DNA of 64,000 nt, from positions 6,439,659 through 6,503,658 of the forward strand of contig NW_003526941.1 of NCBI RefSeq assembly GCF_000181795.1, written 5' to 3'. The translations under genes and the position numbers were made by a program. How positions within the stretch are numbered: position 1 is the stretch's first letter; every line of letters begins with the position of its first letter. The notes under the pieces are model-generated. The model saw nothing but the letters and a program-made list of their open reading frames with translations, had not been told where the DNA came from and searched no databases. Of this stretch, positions 61,861 to 64,000 are shown piece after piece. This stretch comes from Trichinella spiralis (taxonomy: Eukaryota).

Positions 61861-64000
61861 ATGCACTGTGACGATATTGAAGGGGAAAACCATTCCGAAG
61901 AGACGACGAGTCGTTTAATTGTTAAAAATCTGCCAAAAAATTTCAAAGAAGCTCATTTTCGTGCTTTGTTCGAAGAGTACGGTACACTTACTGACTGTCA
62001 GTTGAGATTTAACGAGCAGAATAACAATTTTCGTGGTTTCGGTTTTGTCGGCTTTCAAAATGCGGACAATGCAAAGGCGGCCAAAAATGCACTGGACAAT
62101 ACTTTCGTGAAAAGTTCCAAAATTAAAGTATGAGTGTATATGAATTCTTTTTTTTCTGATGATGATGCTGTAATATCGCAGGTAGAATATTGCCATCCGT
62201 TGTGTTCGAGCGTTTCTAAAAACGATAAACGTGTACAAAGTAAAAGTAAAAGCGTCGCTTCGGGTAAAACTGTAATTCGCATCCAGTGTCAATTTCCGTT
62301 GAAAAGAAAACACTTGCTGGTATTTTTGTCGCCGATAAAACCTTGCAAAATTATTCTCGTCGACGACGGTTTAACAGCTTTGGTCCATTTGCAACGAAAA
62401 GGCGACGCGACGGCAATTATCAAACGCAACGGTAGTTATATATGTGGCAACAAAATTGAAATTACCCTAGACGACAAAACTTCTGCCCATCATGAAGACG
62501 ACAAAAATGCCTTCAGTTCAAAACGTCGTCAATATCCAGCTGAAAATCCAAAACAGCAAGCAGATTTGATTGCAGAAAGTGGATGCATATTTTTGCGCAA
62601 TTTACCCTATCAGTGCACGGAGGAGGATTTGAAAAATTGGTTGAAAACGTTCGGCCCGATTGCCGAAGTGAATTTTCACGTCGATTCGAAAACCGGCAAG
62701 CCCAAAGGTTTTGCCCTGGTGAAGTTTGTATTTCCGGAAAATGCGCTGAAAGTTTTCACCGAATGCGACGGTTCAATTTTTCAAGGAAGAGTAGTTCACA
62801 TCTTGGCGGGTGAGTTGTTTTTTGAACGTGACATTGAACAAAATATTGAAATTATAATAAGAAAATTTTCAGGTTTCGAAAATGAAGATGAAACGAAAAA
62901 TGCCAAAAGTGAAGAAGATGACGACGACGGTACAGTAACATTCAAAGAAGCCAAAGAACGAAAGCAACAACAAGCCGCTTCCGACAAACGAACTTGGAAT
63001 AGTCTATTTCTGGGCGTGAATGCGGTGGCGGATATCATGGCAGAAACGTTGGACGTGGAAAAGGGCGCCATTTTGAATGTCCACTGCCATTCGAGCTTGG
63101 GCGTTCGTATGGCGTTGGGTGAGAGTCGCATTGTGCGCGAAACGAGAGAATTTTTGGAACAAAATGGCGTTCAATTGGAAAGCTTTTCGGGCAATTTGGT
63201 CACCAAACGCAGCACAAATGTGATGTTGGTGAAAAATTTGCCCGCCAAAACGGAAACCGCCCAAATCCGACGTCTGTTTGGCAAATTTGGTCGCCTCGGA
63301 CGAGTGGTTCTACCGCCGAGCGGTTTGACGGCCATTGTGGAATTTTTGCTCGACTCGGACGCGAAAGCGGCTTTTCAAAATTTAGCTTTCAAACGGTTCG
63401 GCAAGACGGCGTTGTTCTTGGAATGGGCACCGGATGATGTGTTCAGTTCCAAATTGGACTCGGCTAAAGCGACTGGAGAAGAGGAAAAGCAAGAAGCAAA
63501 TGAACAACAACAACAACAACAAGCAGACAACAATAACAGATTGTTTGTGAAAAATTTAAGTGCTGACACTAGTGATGAAGATTTGGCTGAATTTTTCAAA
63601 AAAATTGGACCCGTATTGTCGGCAACAGTGGCGAAAAAATACTGCAAATCCACTGCAGGCAAAATGATACAGTGTTCTTCGTTGAGGTATGGTTTCGTGG
63701 AATACGAAAACGACCAGCACGCTCAGGAAGCGATCCGGAGATTGCAGAATGGTGAATTGAAAGGTTCAATTATTCAAATTCAATTATCCAAACGGCAGAC
63801 GAGCAGCAGTTCGAGTGTTGTTGACAGACAGTCGTCAATTGTACCGTACAGTGAAAAGACAAAGCCCAAATCGCAGACGAAAATTATCGTACGAAATATA
63901 CCGTTCCAGGCGAGTGTTAAGGAAATTACCAAATTGTTCAAAGTGTTCGGCAATGTCCAGAGTGTCCGATTGCCGAAGAAATCGCCCAATGGTCAGCATA
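61861..64000 (+). CDS. RBM19: Multi-RRM ribosome biogenesis factor RBM19/MRD1 (rbd-1), 3' end outside the window
   Basis: SRLIVKNLP...RGFGFVGF; IAESGCIFLRNLPY...KPKGFALV; RTWNSLFLGVNAVAD...SLGVRMALGESRIVRET; VMLVKNLP...RVVLPPSGLTAIVEF...AFQNLAF...LFLEWAP; LFVKNL...YGFVEY; KIIVRNIPFQA. Introns at about 62128-62181 and 62810-62872. Confidence 0.95.

Noticed and set aside
61915..63989. Minus-strand ORFs over RBM19
   Set aside because: They are antisense shadows of a long coding exon and show no independent motifs.

Overview
AT-rich eukaryotic genomic DNA with many short GT-AG introns (about 50-300 nt) and TTTCAG/TTTTAG acceptors. It is nematode-like and most likely Trichinella, because the 39.4-41.1 kb gene matches my recollection of the T. 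spiralis newborn-larva glutamic acid-rich protein cNBL1500/1700. By hand-splicing I reconstruct about 15 multi-exon protein-coding genes: a gap-truncated Hairy/HES bHLH-Orange gene, a TSP1-like/4xEGF single-pass membrane protein, queuosine salvage hydrolase QNG1, a secreted CC+WAP protein, GCSH, riboflavin kinase, a cuticlin/ZP membrane protein, CHMP5, a CEP170-like protein, a CUB-CUB-LDLa pseudo-trypsin, a secreted 5xCC-domain protein, the Glu-rich NBL antigen, a STAC-like tandem-SH3 adaptor, IFRD1 and RBM19 (runs off the window). A decayed piggyBac lies at about 11.1-12.4 kb. Candidates the ORF track does not show as coherent genes include a spliced 34-aa membrane microprotein, a frameshifted prohormone-like gene, a small secreted peptide, a spliced non-coding transcript with a long hairpin divergent from QNG1, a GC-rich multi-stem element, and an array of U1/5'-splice-site motifs. 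All calls come from reading the sequence by eye; no database searches were run, and exon boundaries are manual.
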